A stretch of DNA of 64,000 nt. It comes from Escherichia coli (GTDB lineage: Bacteria > Pseudomonadota > Gammaproteobacteria > Enterobacterales > Enterobacteriaceae). The notes beneath the pieces are model-generated. The model was not told where the DNA came from, did no database searches, and saw only the letters and a list, made by a program, of their open reading frames with translations. Numbering within the stretch: position 1 is the first letter of the stretch; the number at the start of each line of letters is the position of its first letter. Positions 21,744 to 30,849 of the stretch are shown piece after piece. The DNA lies in NCBI RefSeq assembly GCF_001677475.2, contig NZ_CP012497.1, one strand, 5' to 3'. The position numbers and the translations under genes are program-made.

Positions 21744-22325
21744 ATGGCTCCTATAGCTTATGGGGTTTACAGCCAGGCTGACGGTGTATCGCCATATCTG
21801 AAAGTTACTTTAACGAACTCTCAGTACCAGGTTACCGGATATATCAGCCAGGGAGCGGCAATGAACATGGCCCAGAATTGGGAAGCGCCGTTTACCGGTA
21901 TGTCCATGGGATCTGTTTCTGGTGCTCTGGGTGGTTTTGTGCAAGTAGGTACTGAAACAACGTCGGTTGCCCGTTGGAATAGCTTAATGGTTTGGGAAGG
22001 GGGGACTCCGCCGACGTTCACGCTGCCTGTAACTTTCATTGCTTTGAACAATCCATTCATTGAAGTTTCAGGCGCTATCGCCGCGTTGACAGCCATGATT
22101 AGCCCGGAACTAAAAGCGGCCAATGTTGGTGGTCGAATCCCGGAGCGCGTGACGCTAAACATTGGTCGCCGGATCAACATCACCGATGTCGCCATCCAGG
22201 ACTTAAGTTTTGATCTCGATGCGCCAAGGGACAGTAATGGATATTTCCTGAAAAACACCGTCAACCTCCAGTTGACCGGTTCTTCGATATATAACAGCTC
22301 CGATATTGTTCGGGCGTTCCAGTAA
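21744..22325 (+). CDS. hypothetical tail protein
   Basis: 193-aa ORF in the late structural operon, followed closely by the next gene. Confidence 0.35.
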   Translation: MAPIAYGVYSQADGVSPYLKVTLTNSQYQVTGYISQGAAMNMAQNWEAPFTGMSMGSVSGALGGFVQVGTETTSVARWNSLMVWEGGTPPTFTLPVTFIALNNPFIEVSGAIAALTAMISPELKAANVGGRIPERVTLNIGRRINITDVAIQDLSFDLDAPRDSNGYFLKNTVNLQLTGSSIYNSSDIVRAFQ

Positions 22326-22336
22326 AAGGATTTTAT

Positions 22337-22846
22337 ATGGGGCACAATAACACTAAGGGAAACCGTAAATTTATTAAGGGCCGCTATACTGCCAACGCGG
22401 CCAAAGGCGAACGACTGGTATCTTCTGAATTCCAGCTCACTTTTGCAGGCCATGAAGATATCAGCGTACTGGTTCGCACGTCGCAAATCCCTGAAATGAC
22501 CCGCGAGGATGTGGAGGACTATGGCCCGAATGGTGTGAAGTTCAACCAGCACGGTCCAATCCGTAACTCCGGGGAAATCCAGGTCCAGTGCGTGGAGACT
22601 ATCGAAGGCGATATTCTTCAGTTCATTAAAGATCGCATTGCGGCGAAGGACTATGTTGATATCACGATGGCTGCGACCCCTGAATCCAAATCTTCCGGGG
22701 TTAACGCCGTGACAAAAGCTGCTACAACAATTGAAATGTTGGACTGCAAAATCTACAGTGATGCAATCGACTTTAGTACCGAAGATGTGAATGCTGCTGT
22801 GCGCCCGTCACTTCGTATCGTCTACAACTGGATTGAGTGGGATTAA
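22337..22846 (+). CDS. hypothetical tail protein (possibly tube-like)
   Basis: 169-aa ORF, last gene of the structural operon, followed by a terminator. Confidence 0.35.
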   Translation: MGHNNTKGNRKFIKGRYTANAAKGERLVSSEFQLTFAGHEDISVLVRTSQIPEMTREDVEDYGPNGVKFNQHGPIRNSGEIQVQCVETIEGDILQFIKDRIAAKDYVDITMAATPESKSSGVNAVTKAATTIEMLDCKIYSDAIDFSTEDVNAAVRPSLRIVYNWIEWD

Positions 22847-22865
22847 AAGTCATCCCTTGTATTTT

Positions 22866-22890
22866 AAAGCTCCTACGGGAGCTTTTTTGT
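22866..22890 (+). terminator. intrinsic terminator
   Basis: AGCTCC-TACG-GGAGCT hairpin followed by TTTTTT. Confidence 0.6.
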
Positions 22891-22929
22891 GCTTAAATTA
22901 TGCCGGTATAGATAGATTTTGAGCATGTT

Positions 22930-23226
22930 ATGGAAATTGATTTTTCATACTCTCCTGAGACGATAGAAAGAAGATTCGAAATAATTGGATGCATAACTAT
23001 TTCAGATGAGCATTATTGGATTCTCTATGATGCCAATACATGGTTATGTGCCTTAGCAGAATGTCAGGCATCGTTATGTGTAGGGGAGGGGGCTTTTCGA
23101 CATAAGGTGCTGGCTACACTTGAAGTGAACACGTTACGATATTGGTGTGTAGAAATACTTAGTGATAACAAAGAATTGCATTTATTATTGCTGAATAAGT
23201 GTGCTTCTCTGCGCAGAAAAGCATGA
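22930..23226 (+). CDS. hypothetical small protein (accessory island)
   Basis: 98-aa ORF in a low-GC island with no recognisable motif. Confidence 0.3.
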   Translation: MEIDFSYSPETIERRFEIIGCITISDEHYWILYDANTWLCALAECQASLCVGEGAFRHKVLATLEVNTLRYWCVEILSDNKELHLLLLNKCASLRRKA

Positions 23227-23391
23227 GAAAACCCAACCGCTCTCCCGTAATTATCAGAAGAATATGTGCGGAAAGTTATAGCTAGCTATTGAAAAGCTAA
23301 AGTAGATCGGTTAGATTTGCCTTACTCATCTACCATGTGTAGAAAGAGCGATCGAACCCGATACATAGTAATATGTGTCGGGTTCAGCTTT

Positions 23392-23856
23392 TTATGTCCC
23401 AAGTGCTCTTTTTCTGCTTTGTTTGAGTGTTCTGATTTTACTGTCATAGGTTACAACATAGGCTGTTTTGAGAAGCCAATAGTCTCTACGTGCGGATAGC
23501 ACAACAACGTAGTTTTCATACTCATTCCAGATTACCCACTCTTCAGTTGGTCCTCGTCTTTCAGACCAACATGATATATCGCAATGGTTATAATTCCTTA
23601 TCATATGCGCGATCCAGCGAATTCGTTTGCACCGTTCAAGATCGGGTATACGTTCTTCTTCTATTTTTCCCTCTGATACTAAATGCCAAAATCCGAACTC
23701 TTTCCCATCATATTCCGGTGAATAACGTAATCGAACAGGGAGACCCTTAAACGTTATATTAGAGATTAAAATATCTTCTCTGACAACATCATATACATCG
23801 TCTATATACTCTTGCCAACTTCCATTGAAGTACAATAAATCTGGCATTTGAAGCAT
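23392..23856 (-). CDS. hypothetical protein, downstream partner of the DUF3800-like gene (possible Rx5H HEPN-like motif)
   Basis: About 154 aa starting MLQMPDLLYF; ATG overlaps the upstream stop (TGATG); contains RIRWIAHMIRNYNH; low GC. Confidence 0.4.
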   Translation of the reverse strand: MLQMPDLLYFNGSWQEYIDDVYDVVREDILISNITFKGLPVRLRYSPEYDGKEFGFWHLVSEGKIEEERIPDLERCKRIRWIAHMIRNYNHCDISCWSERRGPTEEWVIWNEYENYVVVLSARRDYWLLKTAYVVTYDSKIRTLKQSRKRALGT

Positions 23857-24560
23857 CAGCGAGCCTCCCACACGAAAATATTAAATTTACTTTCTGTTGG
23901 AAGAGTGCTTTTTAGTAACTCCCTGTTTGTATGTGATTTTATCCTGTTTATGACTTGGATTTTTCCCGCGTTGCTATTCATTCCTCGATGAACGTAGCCT
24001 AACGCACCAATGAAAAGATCCGTTAGCTGCAATTGTTGCACTTCATGAGATCGTATATGTTGAATTCTGTTTATCGACTCATGATTGTAATCATAGCGAT
24101 CATTGTGAAGAACCCCTCTTAATTTCTCAATTTTTTCAATACCTAAAGTATCTTTTATATCTAGGTAGATATTGTATGTGTTGTTACTTTCTATTATGTT
24201 TTTTAAGACATAAAAAAACATCTTATAATAGAAAGTATTATGATCTTGATGGAATCGAGCATGGTCCAGTTGCTCTTTATCAGGAACAACAACACCTCTA
24301 AAGCGCAATGCTGGGTTGCTGAAGAAGTAATCTACGACATCTAAGTAAAATTCAACTTTGGACGCAGATACTTTAGTCCACTTGATTTCGAAATCAGGTT
24401 TTAGATTGTGTTTTAATTTTAATTCCTTGATGTCTCTAGCAATTTTTTTTGTGATAGTGCCTGGACACCAAAGCGCACCCAATACCATGACTTTATTATG
24501 ATCATTTAGTAGGTGACAGGATTCATCGCAGAATACATTAAATGTTCTTCGGTTCAACAT
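23856..24560 (-). CDS. DUF3800-like protein (candidate defence/accessory effector)
   Basis: 234-aa ORF with N-terminus NVFCDESCHL, similar to the xIDESG start recalled for DUF3800 proteins; low GC; sits where P1 rlfA/rlfB would be, downstream of repL. Confidence 0.45.
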   Translation of the reverse strand: MLNRRTFNVFCDESCHLLNDHNKVMVLGALWCPGTITKKIARDIKELKLKHNLKPDFEIKWTKVSASKVEFYLDVVDYFFSNPALRFRGVVVPDKEQLDHARFHQDHNTFYYKMFFYVLKNIIESNNTYNIYLDIKDTLGIEKIEKLRGVLHNDRYDYNHESINRIQHIRSHEVQQLQLTDLFIGALGYVHRGMNSNAGKIQVINRIKSHTNRELLKSTLPTESKFNIFVWEAR

Positions 24561-24710
24561 GTTAACTCCACTTATTGTTAGGTAGAATTGTCCGTTAGTT
24601 GTTTATTAATTGCAATAATGGGACGTCCAGTTTTGGCAACTGTGTCCTCTTACCAAGACGCCTATGAGTTTGCCTCATGGCAAACTAGAAGTGTTGAAAG
24701 TATGTATAGT

Positions 24711-24725
24711 TCTAATTAGAGCAAT
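24711..24725. promoter_or_regulatory. C1 operator-like site between repL and the DUF3800-like operon
   Basis: Reverse complement ATTGCTCTAATTAGA, partial match to the C1 consensus. Confidence 0.35.
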
Positions 24726-24728
24726 TCA

Positions 24729-25574
24729 TTAACCTCTGAATCCTGCCGGTATACCCCATTGTTCGTTATCTTTATTTTTGGCTAAAACCTCATTAAGAGC
24801 TTCGTTTACCGTCATGCAATGCGGCAGATTATCGAAGTTTGATATCCCGCCAATATCAGGAGAACGCTTGTTCTTCAGGTAAGCATATTTCCGCGCTGCC
24901 GCCTCTACTTTCTGCTTGAACTCATGTTTTTGAGCGCGTTTTTTGGATAACCGCAGATTGTCAGCCTTTGCTTTTGCCTCAGCGATCCATGAAGTCAGTT
25001 TTTTGAGGCTGGTCGTTCCGGTACCGCCGGAAACTGATCTTTTTGTTTTTTTAATTTGTGACTTCTTATTCTTTATTGCCACGTCATCCTGACAGGGGGA
25101 GGGGGTATCATTTTGACATGGGGGTGTGGATAAAAAATCAAATAAAGCCAATGTGTTAGCGAGAACAGCTTTAACCTTGGTTGCGGCTGAAGAGATCTTT
25201 AATTTGCTTTCAATTAGCGCATTTTTGGCTTGTTGAGCAAAGGCTAAAAAGGATGGTGTAAACCGGTACAGGTTAGCGCGGCGTTCACGGTGATCGCCGA
25301 TAACAATCTCTACCGACAGGATTCCTTTGTTTACAGCTTCACGGAATGCACGAACGACGGTTGATTGGCTATAACCAGTTTCTGCCGCGATCAGGCGGTG
25401 AGGCTTGTGAATGAAGTATTCACTGGTTGTTGCCGCGAGATTTGCACATTGCGACAGGATATGCCCGGCGCTACGGGATAGACCGGAGTGTGTTACAAAG
25501 CAGGCCAATTCATAGCCAGAAAAAGTAAAATCGCTCATCGTTATACAGCTCAGGAAAGTGACTTTAGCCAGCAT
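24729..25574 (-). CDS. repL: lytic replication protein RepL-like
   Basis: 281-aa ORF immediately downstream of kilA as in P1; HTH-like segment GYSQSTVVRAFREAVNKG. Confidence 0.55.
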   Translation of the reverse strand: MLAKVTFLSCITMSDFTFSGYELACFVTHSGLSRSAGHILSQCANLAATTSEYFIHKPHRLIAAETGYSQSTVVRAFREAVNKGILSVEIVIGDHRERRANLYRFTPSFLAFAQQAKNALIESKLKISSAATKVKAVLANTLALFDFLSTPPCQNDTPSPCQDDVAIKNKKSQIKKTKRSVSGGTGTTSLKKLTSWIAEAKAKADNLRLSKKRAQKHEFKQKVEAAARKYAYLKNKRSPDIGGISNFDNLPHCMTVNEALNEVLAKNKDNEQWGIPAGFRG

Positions 25575-25603
25575 TACAATGCTGGTGGTTCTTACTACGT
25601 CTG

Positions 25604-26404
25604 TTAGCGCGTTGCCGCGACAGGTACCAGCACACCAGCATCAAGCAATCGCTTCATCAGCCACTGCTGACCTTTGCCGGTTATACGAGTCGTGAAAGAA
25701 ATCCTGCTTCCATTGCTTGTATCGATCACGGTTTCTTTAAGGGTGAAATACCCATGGGATATGTATTCTTGTTTGGGGACGTTCCTGCGTTCACCGGTTG
25801 CGATCAGAATTCCGTTATCACGCAACCAGGTGAAGAGATAGTTTTGGCCCAGGCCGAGCACTTTGGCATAGTTGCCGATTAGAACCCCGCTGGCGGTAGC
25901 AACGCGTTCGGCGAATTCGACTTTAGGTGCATCCATAAGCATTTTTTGCTCCAGCCGTTGCTTTTGCTCTGCCAGGTCGGCAGCCAAACGGAGAGCTTCA
26001 GGGAGACTCTGCGGAATAGCAGGTTGTAATCTTCCGGCTCGATAGTCGATAAATGTCTGGTTTACCTTCAGCCGAAACGCGGGAGAAATCCAGCCTGCGT
26101 ACTCCACAGCGAGCAATTCATGGGCAAACGTGCCGCCGCCACGGCCTTCGAACGAAACTATGCAATTCTGCATAGTTTCTTTTTCAAGCTCTTCGATGAG
26201 CTGTTTGGCTGACAGCGTTCTTAGCCATTGAGCTGGCGCTTTATGGGCACCGAGTCCGCTCGCTCTGTGTAGAGCATTAAGGTTGTAACGGCCAGCGCGG
26301 TCGGTCGTAATTTCAACACCACAAATAACGGGCAGAGTGGTTGAAGGATCGACATTTTGATGAAGGTTTGATATATTCATATCCGCATTGAATGTTTGTT
26401 GCAT
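25604..26404 (-). CDS. kilA: KilA (KilA-N domain plus antirepressor-type C-terminal domain)
   Basis: 266-aa ORF; KilA-N-like N-terminus (VICGVEITTDRAGRYNLNALHRASG); C-terminal domain paralogous to the Ant C-terminus. Confidence 0.8.
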   Translation of the reverse strand: MQQTFNADMNISNLHQNVDPSTTLPVICGVEITTDRAGRYNLNALHRASGLGAHKAPAQWLRTLSAKQLIEELEKETMQNCIVSFEGRGGGTFAHELLAVEYAGWISPAFRLKVNQTFIDYRAGRLQPAIPQSLPEALRLAADLAEQKQRLEQKMLMDAPKVEFAERVATASGVLIGNYAKVLGLGQNYLFTWLRDNGILIATGERRNVPKQEYISHGYFTLKETVIDTSNGSRISFTTRITGKGQQWLMKRLLDAGVLVPVAATR

Positions 26405-26473
26405 TTTTTCTCCAAATTTGCATCAACCTTCAATCACCAGCTCGAAATGGTGATTATTTGCACTTATAAAACG

Positions 26474-26490
26474 AAATTTATTAGAGCAAA
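26474..26490. promoter_or_regulatory. C1 operator (P1 Op53-like) upstream of kilA-repL
   Basis: Reverse complement TTTGCTCTAATAAATTT (16/17 to consensus), about 70 nt upstream of the kilA start. Confidence 0.65.
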
Positions 26491-26568
26491 TTTTTCTAAC
26501 TCGATCCAGATCGGGTTGGACGATCTGCTCAGAAACCTGCCAGTTTGCTGGCAGGTTTTTTTCTTTTA

Positions 26569-27612
26569 TTAACCTATTGCTACTGGTTTTAACAAACCAG
26601 CATCAAGTAGCTTGCGAGTTAACCACTGCTGGCCTTTACCCGTTAATTGGGGCGTCAGCCGTATCTGGTAGCCATTTTCATCATCCAGCACCACTTCTTT
26701 CACCGTGAAATACCCGGCATTAATGTATTGCTGGCGCGGTACGTTTTTGCGCTCACCAAAAGCCATGAGAATGCCGCTCTGGCGCAACCATGAGAAAAGG
26801 GCGTTTTGCTTAAGTCCAACGACCTTTGCAAAGTTCCCGATCAGGATTCCATTGGCCACTGATACCCGGTCGGCAAAATCGACTTTAGGGGCTGCGGCCA
26901 CCAGCTGTTGTTCCAACTGCATTTTCTGTTCTGCCAACTCGGCAGCCAGGCGTAGAGCTTCTGGTAATGTTTGGGGGATCGATGGGGCAGGGGAGTTTGC
27001 CTGCTGCAATTCTTCCAGTTTGTCGATCAGCGAACGGCGGACCGCTTTTGACTCGCGCGCGGCAACTCGCAGGGCTTGTTTGTAGGTCATGGTTATGACA
27101 ACCATAGGCGTACCGCCACCTGGCGGCACGGTTGCACTTTTTGTGTAACCGTCCTCACCTTCTAATTCGTCGAGTATTTTTTCGATGAATTTATTGTTTC
27201 TAACCAATGGTTCTCCACATAACTTGCGTGCCTCATTGACCATCTTCAACAATGTTTGGCTGTCGATTGTGTCTCCGGTGTTGGGGATGACATTCACGGC
27301 TGGTGCTGGCGTAGCTGAAGCAACAGGTGCTGGTTTTTCAACATTCAAATTATTACCGGTCATTCTATGTGCCTCCTTTCTCATTTCTGCTGCCACTGTT
27401 GCGTAACGTAGACGTCCTTGTTCAATCAAATAATCCCTGATCTCGGCTATCAGTAGCCTGTTGATCACAGCCTTATCTATCCGGGTATAAAAACGCTTGG
27501 TTATCATGAAATAGTTGGCAATTGCGCCGGGGATCTCCCGTGTCGGCATACAGGCAGTATGCAGGGCGATCGCTTCGGCTATTTCATTCCGGGTGACGAG
27601 AGGTTTTTTCAT
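26569..27612 (-). CDS. ant: antirepressor Ant-like protein
   Basis: 347-aa ORF whose C-terminal domain (LPEALRLAAELAEQK..GILIGNFAKVVGL..) is paralogous to the KilA C-terminus; start overlaps the icd stop. Confidence 0.7.
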   Translation of the reverse strand: MKKPLVTRNEIAEAIALHTACMPTREIPGAIANYFMITKRFYTRIDKAVINRLLIAEIRDYLIEQGRLRYATVAAEMRKEAHRMTGNNLNVEKPAPVASATPAPAVNVIPNTGDTIDSQTLLKMVNEARKLCGEPLVRNNKFIEKILDELEGEDGYTKSATVPPGGGTPMVVITMTYKQALRVAARESKAVRRSLIDKLEELQQANSPAPSIPQTLPEALRLAAELAEQKMQLEQQLVAAAPKVDFADRVSVANGILIGNFAKVVGLKQNALFSWLRQSGILMAFGERKNVPRQQYINAGYFTVKEVVLDDENGYQIRLTPQLTGKGQQWLTRKLLDAGLLKPVAIG

Positions 27613-27830
27613 AAACCCCCCTGAACGTCGGCAGAGAAGGGGAGGTTCCAGTAACTAAGTGAATTGCGCGAGTTAGTTGAAAAACGGGCAGTAAAAATGC
27701 AGGGGCCATCAGGCAATTGAGAGCGTGCTTCGTCTTCTGTTGCTGCGATAACGAAGTGATAGTGGTGTTTTTGGCAGGAGTAAAAGCGCCAGATAAATTC
27801 AGGATGAGTAGGGGTAGGGATAGTAGCCAC
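27609..27830 (-). CDS. icd: Icd-like small protein
   Basis: 73-aa ORF overlapping the ant start (ATGA), same size and position as P1 icd. Confidence 0.5.
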   Translation of the reverse strand: MATIPTPTHPEFIWRFYSCQKHHYHFVIAATEDEARSQLPDGPCIFTARFSTNSRNSLSYWNLPFSADVQGGL

Positions 27831-28163
27831 AATGGCAGCCTCCTTTTGCTAATTTAAGGAGCTACCGCGTGAGGTTCCAATCTCAATGGCGGTAGCACTG
27901 ACTGGGTTGGAACTACCGGCGCAAAAGGGAACCGGCCTGCCTTTCGGCAGCCCAGCCAGCACTACCATTGATCTCGGAGCTATGTGCTACGTATGGCTGT
28001 GCGATGGCATGACACAAAAAAAGACGCTTTTGGCGTCTGTGTCGCCTTTTGCATTATCCGGGGTTCCAATCCCGGCATCCATTTTACTAAGATGCCTGTT
28101 TAGGATAAACCGAAAATGCATTAGCACGCAAGCAAGTTAATGTAGCATATGAAGCTAAAAAAA

Positions 28164-28180
28164 TAAAATAATTAGAGCAA
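28164..28180. promoter_or_regulatory. C1 operator-like site (P1 Op51-like) upstream of the icd-ant leader
   Basis: Reverse complement contains TTGCTCTAATTATT, partial consensus match in an AT-rich region. Confidence 0.4.
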
Positions 28181-28327
28181 CTTGTAACCATGTAAATTAT
28201 TTCCCTGGTAACTAAAATGTATGAGTTTAATTGATATGGGTCAAAGATTTTGACCATTGCATGGTGAAACTTTATGCTACAAAATGTTATTTTAAGGCGT
28301 TTTATCTGTGGCAGGAGATAGTTAATC

Positions 28328-28678
28328 ATGTCATCTGAACATGTTCGTAAAGGTGTAACAAATGCGAAATTCAATGAAGAGCAATCTAATATTCTCTTTA
28401 TTGAAATAGGAATTCTGTCAATACTGATAGGTTTAATGTCTAAATCATGGTGGGCCTTTGGCGGTTCTTTTCTTGGACTGATTTTTAGTTTAAGAATAAA
28501 ATTTCTGGCAATACCATTGATGATTGTATTTAGCTTAGTATGGGGAGCTATTGGCTATAGTATTGGTACTTTGTTTGAATCAACAGCAGCAAGTATTGTT
28601 TTGGGGGTAATTGCTTTCCTGAGTGGTTTGGGTACTCATTTTGCTGCCGTGCAATGGGCAAATGATATTGCAGAATAA
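28328..28678 (+). CDS. small polytopic membrane protein (about 4 TM helices)
   Basis: 116-aa ORF with four hydrophobic segments; low GC; first gene of a 3-gene + strand island. Confidence 0.5.
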   Translation: MSSEHVRKGVTNAKFNEEQSNILFIEIGILSILIGLMSKSWWAFGGSFLGLIFSLRIKFLAIPLMIVFSLVWGAIGYSIGTLFESTAASIVLGVIAFLSGLGTHFAAVQWANDIAE

Positions 28679-28700
28679 TTACAGATAAGAAGCGAAAAGA

Positions 28701-29177
28701 ATGAATATGAGATGGTTTTTATTATTTGTATCGTTAGTTTCAGCAGGAACATTTGCAAAAATTGATCCTCTACAATGGAATGTAATTGAAGAGAGAGGGG
28801 GGAGAGAATATACAATCCATAATCATAATGGTGATAAGATAAGTTTTTTATGTGATATGGGATTCATGTATGGTTCACCAGATAGTGCAGGTAGTTTAGG
28901 CTTGTTGCTAAGTTCGTCGAATAATAAAAAAGAGTATAATGCTGACAAGAATAAAATAGTATTAACTATAGATGGTGAGCAATATCCTTTTAGCAATCTT
29001 GGATCAATGGTTGGAGATTCTTGGTGGTATGCCTTTTGGCAAGATGCAGCAGATTCAAATGCTAATATGATTGATGCTTATGTTGATAATGAAAAAATTG
29101 CTACATTCCCTCTTTCTGGGCTAAGTAAGTTGTATCAACAAGCCAAAATGGATGGATGTATTAAACGAGGCAAATGA
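28701..29177 (+). CDS. secreted periplasmic protein
   Basis: 158-aa ORF with signal peptide MNMRWFLLFVSLVSAGTFA; Trp/Tyr-rich; low GC. Confidence 0.5.
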   Translation: MNMRWFLLFVSLVSAGTFAKIDPLQWNVIEERGGREYTIHNHNGDKISFLCDMGFMYGSPDSAGSLGLLLSSSNNKKEYNADKNKIVLTIDGEQYPFSNLGSMVGDSWWYAFWQDAADSNANMIDAYVDNEKIATFPLSGLSKLYQQAKMDGCIKRGK

Positions 29178-29218
29178 TCTTTCTGTGTTAAAGATTAACG
29201 CAATCAATAAAACATTGG

Positions 29219-30286
29219 TTGCGTAATATTCTATTATATAAATGGAATAATATGACAAAAATTACTAATTCTAATGAGTTGAAGTTACTGTATAAACAGT
29301 CAGTGCTCATTCCATCATACAAAGATCACGTAGCGATCTTGCAAAAACAATTAGGAATAGAAAAACATTCTTTTCAAAATATGACAAGATTGAATAGACA
29401 AGCTGTAATTAGTAACTCTCTTCGAAAACAATTGGCTAGTATGCCGAACTTGGCTGGAATAGGCAGCAAGTATCGTGAACATATCGCGATTTTACAGAAA
29501 CAGACTCAGGCTCTTTTCCCTCATGACGCAAATAGATATATTCAAATGCTAAGGAAACAGGCCGAAATAGCTATGCCATTACGAAAACAGCTTGAGGTGC
29601 TTAATAAGCAAGCTGGTTTAAATAACATGCAAGCGATACTTAAAGAATTACAACAAAGTGCAAGTTATAAAACAGATGTAAGCCAAGACATAAAGAAAGT
29701 ACTAGATCACTATGCTAGAACAAGAAATGCTTCATTACATCAAATAATAGAGCAGGGGATTTCATCTATTGCGCAGGCTTATGCTGAAGGTGCTACTGAA
29801 ACATCACACACCAAAAGTAATGTTCAAAATAAAGGATTAAATAAACCTAGCTCAAAGTTTGTTGATTCATTTAAAGAGCTTCCTTATCCACTGCAATGGT
29901 TACTAATGGTTATATTTTCTCAAGTTGTGTTTGGTGCTTTTATTGATTACGGAAAAGAGAAAACCTTGCTGGGAATACACAAGGCAGAATCATATTTTAT
30001 ATCTCTGTTTGAGGATAAACCAATATCAAAACAACAATTAATTAAAGAAAACAAAGAAATTAGTTGGGAAGATCTCAATGGTTTTCGTTTTATAACTGGT
30101 GAGAACGTAAGATTACACGTCAGTCCTTCTATAAATAGTGAGGTGATTGAATGCATTGGCAAAAATACTATAGTGGCTGTTTTAGATAAAAAAGATCGCC
30201 AATGGCTTTTCGTGCAGGTTAAATCAGGGGACGAGTTTATTACTGGATGGATTACACGAACATACACAAAGCCTCTTAAGGCTTGA
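29219..30286 (+). CDS. membrane-anchored coiled-coil protein with C-terminal SH3b-like domain
   Basis: 355-aa ORF with tandem helical repeats (HVAILQKQ, HIAILQKQ, LRKQ), one TM helix (LQWLLMVIFSQVVFGAFIDYG) and an SH3b-like C-terminus (GENVRLHVSPS..IVAVLDKKDRQWLFVQVKSGDEFITGWI); low GC. Confidence 0.5.
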   Translation: MRNILLYKWNNMTKITNSNELKLLYKQSVLIPSYKDHVAILQKQLGIEKHSFQNMTRLNRQAVISNSLRKQLASMPNLAGIGSKYREHIAILQKQTQALFPHDANRYIQMLRKQAEIAMPLRKQLEVLNKQAGLNNMQAILKELQQSASYKTDVSQDIKKVLDHYARTRNASLHQIIEQGISSIAQAYAEGATETSHTKSNVQNKGLNKPSSKFVDSFKELPYPLQWLLMVIFSQVVFGAFIDYGKEKTLLGIHKAESYFISLFEDKPISKQQLIKENKEISWEDLNGFRFITGENVRLHVSPSINSEVIECIGKNTIVAVLDKKDRQWLFVQVKSGDEFITGWITRTYTKPLKA

Positions 30287-30415
30287 ATTTTATCACCGTA
30301 TCTTGGGGCTGGGTGTTGATGACGATGTGCTACTTGAAGTACTTGGGTTTTTTAACGCAGCATCTGAAATGTGTAGACTGACCGGTAACAAATGACAACT
30401 CGTAGAATCGGGTAA

Positions 30416-30772
<357 letters not shown>

Positions 30773-30807
30773 GTTAGAAGCGCGCATATGGAAGTTATTC
30801 AAGATAA

Positions 30808-30837
30808 AACAGCGGCATTGGCCGCTGCTTTTTTATT
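30808..30837. terminator. bidirectional intrinsic terminator
   Basis: CAGCGGC-ATTG-GCCGCTG hairpin with A-run upstream and T-run downstream, between the + ORF end 30772 and the mom stop 30850. Confidence 0.6.
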
Positions 30838-30849
30838 CATTACGTGGGA

